DNA of 64,000 nucleotides. Origin: an uncultured Bdellovibrio sp. (GTDB lineage: Bacteria; Bdellovibrionota; Bdellovibrionia; Bdellovibrionales; Bdellovibrionaceae). Location: NCBI GenBank assembly GCA_963932905.1, contig CAWVRN010000015.1, positions 1 through 64,000 on the forward strand, read 5' to 3'. Positions 20,492 through 30,856 of the stretch are shown here, in pieces (positions within the stretch are counted from its first letter, which is position 1; every line of letters begins with the position of its first letter). Made by a program: the position numbers and the translations under genes. The notes beneath the pieces were generated by a model that saw only the letters and a list, made by a program, of their open reading frames with translations, did no database searches and was not told the origin of the DNA.

Positions 20492-21557
20492 TTAAGGCTC
20501 CCTGTAATTTTAGGATTTCTTCTTTGTTAGTTAATACGTAGTGGCTTGGTCGACCAAATCGGGTCACAAGATGGGCTCCAATCGCTTCAGCTTGAGCGCG
20601 TTTCAACAAAATGTAACGACCGCCAACTAAAACGGCGACTCCATGCCAAGGCGTTGCCCAGTTATCTGGTTCAATTAATTTGATTCCTAGTTTCTTAGAA
20701 CCACACGCTTGTGGATGGATGGACAAACGAACGGCATCTGGAAACTGACGTTCAACTAATTCACCCCACGCTTTACTTCGCTGAATAACAGAGTAGGCAC
20801 GGACACGGCATTCCTTCTGAATGCTGGATCGACTTTTCGTTTGGCCGGGCATCATTGCATCCTCAACCAAAAATCGTGTAATGCCTAGGTATAACCGATG
20901 CGACTCTTGATCTTCAATAGAACTATCCAAAAATTTGCCGCGACTGACAGATGCTTTCAGAGTTTCTACTGATTCTCCATGGGCATCCATTAAATGGGCG
21001 CGCATTTCATCAAAACTCTCGCTGTGATAGAGTTCTTCTAAATTAAATGTCGAAATCGAGTTTAATCCTAACGTTTCAATCATTTTTGAAATCTCATTCT
21101 GGTAGGCAGTAACGTCCTCGTCACGCAACCCCACCACATCGCTAAAAACACGGCCATCAGAGGCCAAAATAATTCGAGCACCCGGAGAGTAATGACGTTT
21201 AATACGATCGTTTAGACTCTGTAGAAATTCTAAAGCACATCGCTCTGCCATATCTGGCAATGGCCCCAAAACCTTGGACGGGTTTGGCGATTTTCCTGGG
21301 AAAGCGGGCAGTACAAAAGTCACCGGCTCGCCTTTGGATACCGCCGTGATAATTTTAGACAAATGGGGAGACGCACACTGATCGCATGTCGCTACATCGC
21401 AAGCTGACTGAAGTTCAGCGCTCCGTCTAAATTGCATAACATCAACTAAAATATTTTTTGCAGTGGCAACTACCAGCGGCTGTTTTGTTTGGTACCGAGG
21501 TTCCAAATCGTTAAAGTTATCAGACAATGTATTCAGTGAAGCTTCCGTTAGTGTCAT
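20481..21557 (-). CDS. L-tyrosine/L-tryptophan isonitrile synthase (IsnA/PvcA/Dit1 family)
   Basis: LPAFPGKSPN..KVLG.LPDMAE, SDGRVF, RS.AW, RLSIHP, TPWHG motifs; start moved to ATG 21557. Confidence 0.92.
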   Translation of the reverse strand: MTLTEASLNTLSDNFNDLEPRYQTKQPLVVATAKNILVDVMQFRRSAELQSACDVATCDQCASPHLSKIITAVSKGEPVTFVLPAFPGKSPNPSKVLGPLPDMAERCALEFLQSLNDRIKRHYSPGARIILASDGRVFSDVVGLRDEDVTAYQNEISKMIETLGLNSISTFNLEELYHSESFDEMRAHLMDAHGESVETLKASVSRGKFLDSSIEDQESHRLYLGITRFLVEDAMMPGQTKSRSSIQKECRVRAYSVIQRSKAWGELVERQFPDAVRLSIHPQACGSKKLGIKLIEPDNWATPWHGVAVLVGGRYILLKRAQAEAIGAHLVTRFGRPSHYVLTNKEEILKLQGALSEA

Positions 21558-21724
21558 GGTGCCACCCCCTTTTCTGAATACCAATCTACCGATCAAATTG
21601 TCATAAATAAAATAGGTAATAAAGTATTCTATCATAAATGATATTTATTATTGGTTTTAGGCTATGATTAAACGATGATGATATTATTAGATCTATACCA
21701 TAAGATACGTTAACCTTTACAGAA

Positions 21725-22081
21725 ATGAAATACTTCCATATTCACATCTACTTTGAAGTTAATGACATTGGTTATGCCCTAGAGTTATGGGAGAAAGCCA
21801 AATTGATAGGCCTATTTGACGTCGTCAAGTTTCAAGAAAAACCCGTAGGGCCACACCCAACGGGCATGGTAGAGATGCATTTCAAAGAACCCCGTTATAG
21901 CCTGGCACTCGAATGGGTGAAAATTCATCGCGGTCATCTGACCGCAATGATTCACCAAGATACCGGTGACGATTTTAAAGATCACACGGATCACATCCAA
22001 TGGATGGGAAAAGAATTGCCACTGGATTTTCGTTTCTTTGAACTTATTTTATTGCGACCGGATCTAAAAATTAATCCGTGA
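21725..22081 (+). CDS. DOPA 4,5-dioxygenase family protein (DODA, small type)
   Basis: FHIHIYF, PVGPHP, IH..TGD...DH....WMG..LPL motifs. Confidence 0.85.
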   Translation: MKYFHIHIYFEVNDIGYALELWEKAKLIGLFDVVKFQEKPVGPHPTGMVEMHFKEPRYSLALEWVKIHRGHLTAMIHQDTGDDFKDHTDHIQWMGKELPLDFRFFELILLRPDLKINP

Positions 22082-22140
22082 TGCCGTCTAGCTTCAAAGA
22101 ATTTGTGTGCCTTTTTAGAAGTTATATTTATAATTTAACT

Positions 22141-22761
22141 ATGAATAATACAGACTCCATACGATCTTATGCGATCATGATTCTTGCGCTTGTGTATCTA
22201 GTTATTAGATTTGCCTTTACAGCACAGTTAGATGCCTTAGGAGTTTATAGTTCCTACATTTTTGAAGTTATCTGCCTAGTGTTGGCGGCGGCAATTTTAG
22301 GAAAACGGACCCTAACTAACCTATCATTCACAAAATCAGTCTTGCCCTGGACACCAGTTTCTTTAGTCGCTGGCTTTGCCATCTATAAGGCCGCAGGACC
22401 ACTTGAAATTCTGATACCATTTGTCTTTAACACACCAGAGACTTTAATTTTCCTACTTATTGTTGCGCCTGTTCTTGAAGAGGCCATTTTCCGTTTCTTT
22501 CTTTGGCAATCGTTTCAAATATCAACTCGAGGTCGCATAATTGCATTAATCCTAACCTCATTGATTTTTTCGTATTCCCATTTACATGCCATTTGGTTTG
22601 TTGCGCCAGAAATTCATAAATTCGTACTCTTCCAAACAGCTTATACATTGGCGTTAGGTTTCGCCTGCGGATTTTTTGTATACAGATATGCATCGCTAAC
22701 CTCAGCGATATTAATACATTTCGCCTTTAATTTGGGTTTCTACATAGCATCTATTATATAA
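22141..22761 (+). CDS. CPBP (CAAX/Abi) intramembrane glutamic endopeptidase
   Basis: EEAIFR, F...H, H...N motifs; multiple TM helices; start 22141 preferred over 22078. Confidence 0.85.
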   Translation: MNNTDSIRSYAIMILALVYLVIRFAFTAQLDALGVYSSYIFEVICLVLAAAILGKRTLTNLSFTKSVLPWTPVSLVAGFAIYKAAGPLEILIPFVFNTPETLIFLLIVAPVLEEAIFRFFLWQSFQISTRGRIIALILTSLIFSYSHLHAIWFVAPEIHKFVLFQTAYTLALGFACGFFVYRYASLTSAILIHFAFNLGFYIASII

Positions 22762-22995
22762 GTTGAACTTGTCAAAGCCGAGGTCAATAAATATGTTGCC
22801 CGCGAACGCCGCAAGGCTTTGCCAGAAGGAGTAGACTTTTGGGATTTTGATTGCAAATGCGGCGCTACGGCCGACACGGCCGTAGTCGTGCACGTTAATG
22901 CGATCAATAAAAAGATTGAAGAGGTTACCGCTAGTAAAGCCGAATCTGTTTATGTTGAAATTCTAGCAAAACCGGGCATGCGAAAAAAAGCCTAA
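22762..22995 (+). pseudogene. 5'-truncated DUF6172-like remnant
   Basis: hand translation VELVKAEVNKYVARERRKALPEGVDFWDFDCKCG...YVEILAKPG...*; lacks the family N-terminus and an RBS-supported start; begins right after the CPBP stop. Confidence 0.65.
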
Positions 22996-23257
22996 CCTGT
23001 CTTAAATTCAGAATTTGATGGACATGCATTAATTGCTTTCAGCTTGAACGCTCCAGTCTATTGAATTTAAAGGTAAAACAAGTCCACTATTTATTTGGTA
23101 TGGAATCGATAAATGAGAACTTCGTCTAGGTAGGCTGAATGCCTCATTTATAGATTTTTTTTGTCGCAATAACTCTCTTCGAAAACGTTAAATGGATCAA
23201 GATTTCTAGAAACCCAGCTGGCTTTCGATATAAAGAAGAAACTCAAAGAATATACTT

Positions 23258-23285
23258 TAAAGTATCCCAAACTATGTACCGAAAA
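23258..23285 (+). promoter_or_regulatory. possible sigma-28 (FliA) promoter
   Basis: TAAAG-N15-ACCGAAAA upstream of an MCP gene. Confidence 0.4.
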
Positions 23286-23325
23286 ATGAGTGTCACATAG
23301 AAATGTTTTCTGAAGGAGAACGTAT

Positions 23326-25059
23326 ATGAATTTGAGTTTCAAAGCGAAGTTAGTGGCCCTGACCGGGTTTATGGCGTCAATCACTGTGGTCGTGGCATTG
23401 ATCGGTTACAATGGCCTTTATAGCGTAGAGCAAGAAAATAGAAAAGTGAGTGGCACAGCACTACCCAATTTGAACTCATTAAATGATATGTTTTTAAATT
23501 ACCGAGCCGTCCGCATTAATTTGCGAAGTTTGGGACTTGCCGGAGTATCAAAAGAACACGCCGAAGATTTTATCTCAAACGTTAATTCGGCCATTGAAGC
23601 TTTTGAGATCGCCGAAAAAGAATACCTTTCTCAGCCTTTTATGCCTGGTGAAGAAGTCTTGTACAACAAGCTCAGCGACTCTTGGAAACATTTTAAAGGT
23701 ATTGGTACGGCGGTCATTGGTTACTATCGTGACGGTTCCCCGGAAGCAAAAGAAAAATTGACAGGAATCTTCCTAAAAGATTGTCCAGAAGCTGCCAAAG
23801 ATTTTACGGCACACGTTAATGAACTAAAAGCTTTTCACGTTGAAAAAGCAAAAACGTTCGTTCGCTCAGCAGAACAATCAAGTTCACTTGCGGAAAATTT
23901 AATGATTCTGTGTTCTGCGATTGGCTTAGCTTTAAGTATCACCGGTGGATATTTTTTCGCCAATCAAGTTACTAAATCTTTAACATCTGTTGCACATCAA
24001 TTATCTTCCAACGCAAACCAGGTAGCATCAGCCAGTACGCAGATTGCGTCTTCATCACAACAGTTATCAGAAGCTAGCTCAGAACAAGCCGCCTCACTAG
24101 AACAAACGGCGGCCTCGCTTGAAGAAATCACTTCGATGATTTCAAAAGCAACTGAAAACGCCCAAAACACGTCTGAAACTTCTGCCGAGTCACATAAGAA
24201 AGCTGAAGAAGGACGAGGTGCCGTTGATCAAATGCTGACGTCAATGGATGAAATTAGTCAAAGCAATGACGCCATCCTGACTCAAATCAACGAAAGCAAC
24301 CGACAAATGACTGAAATCGTTAAAGTGATTCAAGATATTGGAAACAAAACCAAAGTCATCAACGAGATCGTTTTTCAAACCAAGCTGTTATCGTTCAATG
24401 CCTCGGTCGAAGCGGCACGAGCTGGTGAGCACGGAAAAGGATTTGCGGTAGTTGCAGAAGAAGTTGGTAATTTGGCTCAAATGTCTGGCAATGCTGCTAA
24501 AGAAATTACAGACATGCTAGACAATAGTATTTCTAAAGTTGAAGGCATTGTTAAAGACACTCAACAAAAAGTAGAAACTCTGGTTCAATCTGGCAAAGAA
24601 AAAGTCGAATCTGGAGTCACGGTCGCAAAACAATGCTCTGAAGTTTTAAATGAAATTGTACAGAACGTGTCACGTGTATCTGGCCTTTCACAAGAGATTT
24701 CTCAGGCTACTAAAGAGCAAGCTCAAGGTGTCTCTGAAATTAATAATGCTATGACCCAGCTAGATACAGTAACTCAGCAAAATGCGGCCACCAGCGAAGA
24801 GGCAGCCAGCGCAGCCGAAGAACTTTCAGCCCAAGCCGAATCCTTAAAAGCATCAGTGGCAGAATTGATGGGGATTATTTCTGGCAATAGAACTGAGTCT
24901 ACAGAATCACCTGTAGCGGCCTTACCAAAACAAGTGGTAGCAAAAAAACAAAAATCAAATTTGGTTCACTTGCGCTCAAATAAACAAAAAGAACTAAAAA
25001 TGGTCTCTGGAGAGTCATCAACACCAAATCGAAATGATGACGGCTTTAAAGACGTTTAG
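23326..25059 (+). CDS. methyl-accepting chemotaxis protein (4HB sensor)
   Basis: two TMs; [30 protein letters not shown] signalling domain. Confidence 0.95.
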   Translation: MNLSFKAKLVALTGFMASITVVVALIGYNGLYSVEQENRKVSGTALPNLNSLNDMFLNYRAVRINLRSLGLAGVSKEHAEDFISNVNSAIEAFEIAEKEYLSQPFMPGEEVLYNKLSDSWKHFKGIGTAVIGYYRDGSPEAKEKLTGIFLKDCPEAAKDFTAHVNELKAFHVEKAKTFVRSAEQSSSLAENLMILCSAIGLALSITGGYFFANQVTKSLTSVAHQLSSNANQVASASTQIASSSQQLSEASSEQAASLEQTAASLEEITSMISKATENAQNTSETSAESHKKAEEGRGAVDQMLTSMDEISQSNDAILTQINESNRQMTEIVKVIQDIGNKTKVINEIVFQTKLLSFNASVEAARAGEHGKGFAVVAEEVGNLAQMSGNAAKEITDMLDNSISKVEGIVKDTQQKVETLVQSGKEKVESGVTVAKQCSEVLNEIVQNVSRVSGLSQEISQATKEQAQGVSEINNAMTQLDTVTQQNAATSEEAASAAEELSAQAESLKASVAELMGIISGNRTESTESPVAALPKQVVAKKQKSNLVHLRSNKQKELKMVSGESSTPNRNDDGFKDV

Positions 25060-25145
25060 TTATGTTTTTTCAATTTAAATGTATTGAGCGTTCTATTTGA
25101 AAAGATTTTCTCTTATAAAATAGAGAAAATCCTTTCAAACGTCAT

Positions 25146-25460
25146 TTACTTACAAAAAATCTGATACATAGATTTCATTAATTCCAAAACCCTCTTATCC
25201 ACGATTTTATAGTAAACCTGTTTTCCTTCACGTCGAGAGTCTATCAATCCCTCTAGCCGCATACCTTTTAGAAACTGCGACACAGCAGACTGCGAAGCGC
25301 CACATGCTTCTTCAATTTCACCGACTGATTTTTCTCCGTCAGCCATACTACAAAGAATCAGGAGCCTCTGAGGGTGTGATAATTGCTTTAATAAGCCAGC
25401 CACTTCTTCGCTTCGGTGCCTTAAAGCCGATAGTGTTTTTATAGTATCTTGACTTTTCAT
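25146..25460 (-). CDS. ArsR/SmtB regulator, BigR/SqrR-type persulfide sensor
   Basis: HPQRLLILC and YQIFC carry the two conserved Cys; divergent from sulfur operon. Confidence 0.85.
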   Translation of the reverse strand: MKSQDTIKTLSALRHRSEEVAGLLKQLSHPQRLLILCSMADGEKSVGEIEEACGASQSAVSQFLKGMRLEGLIDSRREGKQVYYKIVDKRVLELMKSMYQIFCK

Positions 25461-25516
25461 ATTATGATATTATAATATAATTATATGATGAGCAAGGAAT
25501 ATTTAGGAGTTTAAAT

Positions 25517-25876
25517 ATGACATCAAAGAAAATTTTCAACCCCAAAGTCGTCGACGACGTACCCGAAATCACACCCGAAGAGTTCAAGGCATATATTGGG
25601 AAAGTAACTCTTATCGATGTTCGTCGCCCCGAAGAATTCAATGGTGAACTGGCCCATATTCCAGGCTCAAAGCTTGTCACTTTGGGACCTGAGCTAGATG
25701 AATTTCTTAAAACACATAACAAAGAGGACGAAGTTGTATTTGTTTGCCGCAGCGGAGCTCGCTCGGGCCGTGCGACCTTGCAAGGTCGCGCACTGGGTTT
25801 TTCTAATTGTGTAAACCTGCAAGGCGGAATGCTGCTTTGGAATCAAAAAAATTTCCCAACTGAAGGAGGCCGTTAA
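25517..25876 (+). CDS. rhodanese-like sulfurtransferase
   Basis: IDVR.PEE, HIPG, CRSGARS, L.GG...W motifs. Confidence 0.9.
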   Translation: MTSKKIFNPKVVDDVPEITPEEFKAYIGKVTLIDVRRPEEFNGELAHIPGSKLVTLGPELDEFLKTHNKEDEVVFVCRSGARSGRATLQGRALGFSNCVNLQGGMLLWNQKNFPTEGGR

Positions 25877-26307
25877 TGGATCTGAACCAAGCTCTTTATT
25901 CTTTGATAGGCGGCGGTCTTATTGGAATTGCTGTTACCATGATGTTGCTCTTTAACGGCCGGGTCACCGGAATTAGTGGAATCATCGCCTCGTCTTTGGC
26001 AAAGCCCACTCGTGACAGTCTTTGGAGATGGATGTTTATTGGCGGACTGATTTCAGGTGGTATTGTGATTCGCCTTATCCACCCAGATTTTTTCATCAAC
26101 ACCTCAGCTAGAAGTACCATCGCCATTTTAGTAGCCGGCGTTCTAGTAGGATATGGAACCGTCATGGCCAGTGGTTGCACCAGTGGACATGGTATCTGTG
26201 GAATGAGCCGTTTCTCTGTTCGATCGGCTGTGGCTACCTTAACATTTATGGTCTTCGGATTTTTGACTGTACAAGCTGTACGTTACTTTGCGGGAGGATT
26301 GATATGA
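25876..26307 (+). CDS. YeeE/YedE sulfur transport family protein
   Basis: GR.TGISGI, GCTSGHG.CG..R motifs. Confidence 0.9.
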   Translation: MDLNQALYSLIGGGLIGIAVTMMLLFNGRVTGISGIIASSLAKPTRDSLWRWMFIGGLISGGIVIRLIHPDFFINTSARSTIAILVAGVLVGYGTVMASGCTSGHGICGMSRFSVRSAVATLTFMVFGFLTVQAVRYFAGGLI

Positions 26308-26744
26308 GTCCCAAACTAGGAAAACAAAATATAATTTCGTTCGTAGTCGGTTTTATTTTTGCGATTGGACTTGCGGTATCTGGGATGACCCAACCATCAA
26401 AGATCATCAATTTCTTAAATCCCTGGGAGTGGGACCCATCGCTTCTTTTTGTGATGATCGCGGCCTTAGGCGTTCACATGTTAGCGTACCCAATGGTAAG
26501 ACGACGCACGTCTCCTATTTTAGATACCAAATGGCACGTGCCCACACGGAAAGATGTTACAGCTCGATTAATTATTGGCTCGATGCTTTTTGGAGTTGGC
26601 TGGGGACTGGGGGGATTTTGCCCGGGACCTGGAGTGACTTCGTTAGCATCAGGTGATCTTCGTGCCATTCTTTTTGTGGGATCCATGATTGCAGGAATGC
26701 TGCTATTCAAAAAAACCGAACCTTATTTAAAGCTAAGGGAATGA
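26304..26744 (+). CDS. YeeE/YedE family protein (second subunit)
   Basis: GL.VSGM..P.KI..FL, WDPSL.FVM, FG.GWGL.G.CPGP; start 26304. Confidence 0.9.
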   Translation: MSPKLGKQNIISFVVGFIFAIGLAVSGMTQPSKIINFLNPWEWDPSLLFVMIAALGVHMLAYPMVRRRTSPILDTKWHVPTRKDVTARLIIGSMLFGVGWGLGGFCPGPGVTSLASGDLRAILFVGSMIAGMLLFKKTEPYLKLRE

Positions 26745-27550
26745 TTATGGAATTTATTGGATATACGGCAAGTTTAGCGATGGGAATTACACTTGGTCTG
26801 ATGGGCGGCGGTGGATCTATTTTAACAGTTCCAATTTTGGTTTACCTATTTGCGCTCTCACCAATGATTTCAACTGGCTATTCGCTTTTCGTAGTAGGCA
26901 CAACAGCACTGATAGGCAGCATTATGTACATTCGCAAAGGCGACATCGATCTACAAGCAGGTATTACGTTCGCACTTTTGAGTGTGATCGGGGTAAATGT
27001 TTCTCGTGGATTAATAATACCTAAAATTCCTTCGGTCGTTGCTCACGTTGGTAGTTTTGCGCTGACAAAGGAAATTTTGGTTATGGCTACATTTGCCACG
27101 CTTATGGTAGTGGCATCATATTCAATGATTAAAAGAAAAAAGGATCAGAAGCCCATGGAAGCTCACCCAGCGGTGCGCATCGCGCTGATTGCGACTGTTG
27201 GACTGTTTGTGGGAATAATTGCAGGTTTCGTTGGAGCCGGTGGAGGTTTTCTGATCATTCCCGCACTCGTGTTTTTGGCGGGGCTTTCTATGCGAATAGC
27301 CGTAGGTACCTCGCTGATGATTATTGCTCTTCAATCCCTTTTGGGATTCGCTGGCGATATTTCGCGAGGCCTGATTGTGGATTGGTCGCTACTAGGTACT
27401 GTGACAGCATTTGCGGTCGTCGGTATCATTGCAGGATCTGCAATGGCTCACAAGATCAAGGAACAAAAATTAAAAACTGCTTTCGGATGGTTCGTTCTTT
27501 TCATGGGCGTCTCCATTCTGCTGGAGCAGCTTCACCATCTTTCAACTTAA
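26741..27550 (+). CDS. TauE/SafE sulfite exporter
   Basis: GGGGSILTVP and GAGGGFLIIPAL repeats; many TM helices. Confidence 0.9.
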   Translation: MIMEFIGYTASLAMGITLGLMGGGGSILTVPILVYLFALSPMISTGYSLFVVGTTALIGSIMYIRKGDIDLQAGITFALLSVIGVNVSRGLIIPKIPSVVAHVGSFALTKEILVMATFATLMVVASYSMIKRKKDQKPMEAHPAVRIALIATVGLFVGIIAGFVGAGGGFLIIPALVFLAGLSMRIAVGTSLMIIALQSLLGFAGDISRGLIVDWSLLGTVTAFAVVGIIAGSAMAHKIKEQKLKTAFGWFVLFMGVSILLEQLHHLST

Positions 27551-27565
27551 TTAAGGAGAAACTAT

Positions 27566-28423
27566 ATGAAACAAATCAAAGAATTTTTCGATAGAAATAC
27601 ATGGACGCTAACTTATGTAATGTGGGACGATGAAACTAAAGACGCTATCGTTATCGACCCAGTAATGGACTACGATCCCGCCGCATCAAAGACTAGCGAA
27701 GAGTCCGCAAAAACAGTCATTGAATTCCTAAATTCAAAGCACTTAAAGCTTCATTTTATTTTAGAAACGCACGCTCATGCAGATCATTTAAGTGGATCTC
27801 AAATCATCAAAAAAGATTTTCCAAAAGCACAAATAGCCATCGGCGAGAAAATCACTGCGGTTCAAGAAATTTTTAAAGGTGTATTTGCCCTTCCAGACGA
27901 TTTCAAAACGGATGGTTCCCAATTTGATCGATTGTTGAAAGATGGCGAAGAATTTTCGGCTGGATCAATTAAAATAAAAACTATTTTTACTCCGGGCCAT
28001 ACGCCTGCGTGTGCCTCCTATTATATAGACGGCAATATTTTTGTCGGCGATGCTTTGTTCATGCCTGACTACGGTACAGGCCGATGTGATTTTCCGGCTG
28101 GAAGCGCTGTTGAACTGTATCATTCGATTCATGGTCGAATTTACGAGCTTCCCGAAGACACCAAGGTATACACCGGACACGACTACATGCCGAACGGCCG
28201 ACCTTTAAAATTCATGGCGACAATTGCCGAAGAAAAAAAGCAAAACATCCAACTCAAGGGCAACACGACCCTTGAAGATTTTGTACGCTTTCGCACGGAA
28301 CGAGATCGCATCCTGGCCGCACCAAAACTGTTACTACCTTCCGTGCAAGTGAATATCGATGCCGGTCATCTTCCGAAACCGACGGTAAATGGGAAACGAT
28401 ATTTGCGGATTCCAATTAGTTAG
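27566..28423 (+). CDS. persulfide dioxygenase (MBL fold, ETHE1/Blh-like)
   Basis: ETHAHADHLS, TPGHTPAC, GDALF.PD.GT.RCDFP, GHDY motifs. Confidence 0.9.
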   Translation: MKQIKEFFDRNTWTLTYVMWDDETKDAIVIDPVMDYDPAASKTSEESAKTVIEFLNSKHLKLHFILETHAHADHLSGSQIIKKDFPKAQIAIGEKITAVQEIFKGVFALPDDFKTDGSQFDRLLKDGEEFSAGSIKIKTIFTPGHTPACASYYIDGNIFVGDALFMPDYGTGRCDFPAGSAVELYHSIHGRIYELPEDTKVYTGHDYMPNGRPLKFMATIAEEKKQNIQLKGNTTLEDFVRFRTERDRILAAPKLLLPSVQVNIDAGHLPKPTVNGKRYLRIPIS

Positions 28424-28557
28424 TCGGTATCGAGCGAACTATCGAGACACAAAGTCCATACCTGTGACAAATTGTCTCGCGAGTTCACTAAATTTTGGCT
28501 TAGTTAACATCCCGAGACGGCCTGCAAGTTGCTATTGGGAATAGAACGGAGAAGAAA

Positions 28558-29007
28558 ATGAAAACGACAGTCGTCTGGAAAGACGCAATGGAATTTGAAG
28601 GAATCGCAGATTCGCATACACTGCGAATGGATGCCAAAGCACCGATAGGTAAAAACTCGGCGCCGACTCCCAAGGAACTTGTGGCCCTTGGTTTAGGTGG
28701 CTGCACCGCCATGGACGTGATCGCACTTTTAAAAAAGCACAAACAACCTACCCAGGATTTTAAGATCGATATAGATATCGAGCCTTCAACTAACGGACAC
28801 CCCGTAGTTTTCGAAAAAGCGGTATTGAGTTTTATTGTTAACGGCGAAATCAGTGCGGACAAGCTTGTTGAGGCTGTCACACTTTCACAAACGAAATTCT
28901 GTGGTGTCAGTGCAATGCTGTCAGAGTCGTTTCCTATAGAATACAAAGTTATTTTAAATGGTAAAGAAATCGGAACTGGCATGGCCAAATTCGAAACCAA
29001 AGATTAG
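28558..29007 (+). CDS. OsmC family protein
   Basis: P.PKEL...LGGCTAMDV, SQTKFCGVS motifs. Confidence 0.9.
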   Translation: MKTTVVWKDAMEFEGIADSHTLRMDAKAPIGKNSAPTPKELVALGLGGCTAMDVIALLKKHKQPTQDFKIDIDIEPSTNGHPVVFEKAVLSFIVNGEISADKLVEAVTLSQTKFCGVSAMLSESFPIEYKVILNGKEIGTGMAKFETKD

Positions 29008-29015
29008 GAGTCTTT

Positions 29016-29210
29016 ATGAAAAAAAATGAAGGAAATGTTGATCGTATTTTAAGAGTTGTTGTCGGAGCCGGTTTACTGAGCCTAGTGTTCGTAGGCCCAC
29101 AAACAATGTGGGGCCTGGTCGGTGCGGTTCCACTTCTTACTGGACTAGTAGGCTTTTGTCCTCTGTACAAAGTGTTTGGTTTTGACACATGTCCAATGGG
29201 ATCAAAATAA
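29016..29210 (+). CDS. DUF2892 (YgaP-like) membrane protein
   Basis: N.G..DR.LR...G, TGL.GFCPLY...G..TC. Confidence 0.9.
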   Translation: MKKNEGNVDRILRVVVGAGLLSLVFVGPQTMWGLVGAVPLLTGLVGFCPLYKVFGFDTCPMGSK

Positions 29211-29222
29211 AACTGCAGATTC

Positions 29223-29642
29223 TTATCTTCTTACTTCGACCGCAGGATAATCTTCTTGGTAGGTTTCTCCTGCGGCTCCATAATAGATAACAGTCCTCCC
29301 TATAAAGTCGACATCATAGCCAACAACACCAGCTTTCCAGGCAGCCTGGAGAAATTCGGGAAACGTGCTGCGTCCTTGTTGATCAGCTCTCAATGCGGCG
29401 ATCAAAGACGTGCGGTCAAATTTAGGAATTTCGTGTACGCCGACCAAAAGAGGTGTGCCTTGTTGTAGAACGGCACCGTCCTTCAATAGGAAGACGGACT
29501 GACATGATGGTAGTGACCAGCGATTCTTTTGGACTCCGGCTTGGCGAAGAACTTCTGCCAGCACAGGAAATCCACCGATATTAGGCCGTATCGACATAGC
29601 AAACTTTTGAGCCTCTATTAGTTTATCTACAACTTTTTCCAT
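29223..29642 (-). CDS. DUF1398 family protein
   Basis: RP..GGFP.LAEVLRQAGV, DQ.G.STFPEFL..AW.AGV..Y.VD motifs. Confidence 0.85.
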   Translation of the reverse strand: MEKVVDKLIEAQKFAMSIRPNIGGFPVLAEVLRQAGVQKNRWSLPSCQSVFLLKDGAVLQQGTPLLVGVHEIPKFDRTSLIAALRADQQGRSTFPEFLQAAWKAGVVGYDVDFIGRTVIYYGAAGETYQEDYPAVEVRR

Positions 29643-29655
29643 AGTACCCTCTTTA

Positions 29656-29840
29656 TTATTCAATTGGATTAGTGGTGAGCATGTGTAAGTCAGCCAGTTT
29701 TTTTAGAGTGCTTATTAATGTTTTTCTTTCGGCCTTGCCAAGAATCGAAAAAAATATTTCATCATTTTCATCAGCGATATTGGCCAGCTTTGGAACCAAC
29801 TTAACGGCGGTGGCCGTCAGCTTAATTTTTTGATAACCAA
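29656..29840 (-). pseudogene. C-terminal remnant of MarR family regulator
   Basis: YQ.I.LT....KLVPKLA.IADENDE.FF..L...ER resembles a MarR C-terminus; HTH missing. Confidence 0.55.
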
Positions 29841-29906
29841 GTTGAAAAGTGACACTCGTATCGTAATTCCAACCCGGATGTGCCCTTATTTTAGCGAGAC
29901 GAGTTC

Positions 29907-30233
29907 TCATGTTCCGTCTTTCCCGAAACTATATTCTCGCTCAACTTTACATATTCTTGTCGTAAAGCTGTCATACCATTTCGAGCGCCCAAATTCTTGA
30001 GCCATTTTATGTTCCGTGTTTGCCTTCCATGCCACAATATCCTCCTGGCTTTGCCAATAAGATACCGTAATTCCAAAGCCATCATTTCCACGGCTGCTTT
30101 CCATGCCTAGAAAACCTTTTTGAATTTTGGCAAGCTCGACCATACGCTCAGCCATCTGTTCATATCCCGAGCTGTCAGATGAATTTCGTTTGGAAGTAAA
30201 TATTACTGCGTAATAAGAGGAGTTCACAGTCAT
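29907..30233 (-). CDS. antibiotic biosynthesis monooxygenase (ABM) family protein
   Basis: YYAVIFTS, GFLG.ES, GITVSYW, EH..AQ..GR..WY motifs. Confidence 0.9.
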   Translation of the reverse strand: MTVNSSYYAVIFTSKRNSSDSSGYEQMAERMVELAKIQKGFLGMESSRGNDGFGITVSYWQSQEDIVAWKANTEHKMAQEFGRSKWYDSFTTRICKVEREYSFGKDGT

Positions 30234-30471
30234 CGCCTTAAATTTTGCGGCAAACCATCCGCAATTTCATAGTAGTCACCTTTATAGGCGACAAAGATAT
30301 TTTCGTTATTCATTATGTCCTACAAATTTTTGATTCCCTATTAAACCACGGAACCTGCACCTTAGCTACATACTTAGTTTTGAAAATAGAAAAAGCAATA
30401 TGCAGAATGTACGTTTCTAAAGTAATCATAGAAAAATTTTAGAGTTTTCTTTTTATTGGACCTGGAGGCAG

Positions 30472-30798
30472 TTATAAAATGCTGAGTTCTTCGATGAGTC
30501 CAGACTTGAATCTGAACTTATAGCTCAAATTTATGGGGCTACCAGGAAAATCGCCTGTCACTCTAGCGGTTAGCACGGCGCTATCTTTGTGGTCCTCAAA
30601 GTGAAGAGGTTCCGTTTTGAATTTGTATTTGCGGCGAGTCTTTACGAACCAGCTACTGATTTGATCGATTCCGGTTCGTAGCTCGCCTTCATCATGCACA
30701 GAAGCAGAGCTAGCGAAACACGAGACGAATTTCTTCACATTATTTTCGTTTGATGCCTGAACGTACTTTTCCAATAGCTTCGGTAATTTTGTTTTCAT
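30472..30798 (-). CDS. SnoaL/NTF2-like protein
   Basis: F...A.V.DEG....G...I..W, V.G.FPGSP..L.Y.F motifs; start 30798 after GGAGG. Confidence 0.85.
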   Translation of the reverse strand: MKTKLPKLLEKYVQASNENNVKKFVSCFASSASVHDEGELRTGIDQISSWFVKTRRKYKFKTEPLHFEDHKDSAVLTARVTGDFPGSPINLSYKFRFKSGLIEELSIL

Positions 30799-30856
30799 TT
30801 TTCCTCCTTCTGTTGGACTAACTGGAAATGGATAACTTATATTCACACCTTGTTCA

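Noticed and set aside
21558..21635. N-terminal extension of the isonitrile synthase in the ORF track
   Set aside because: AT-rich promoter-like DNA; a G-rich RBS sits just before ATG 21557
28500..29000. 166-aa antisense ORF over OsmC, and similar shadow ORFs throughout
   Set aside because: Antisense or alternative-frame overlaps of well-supported genes, with no motifs of their own
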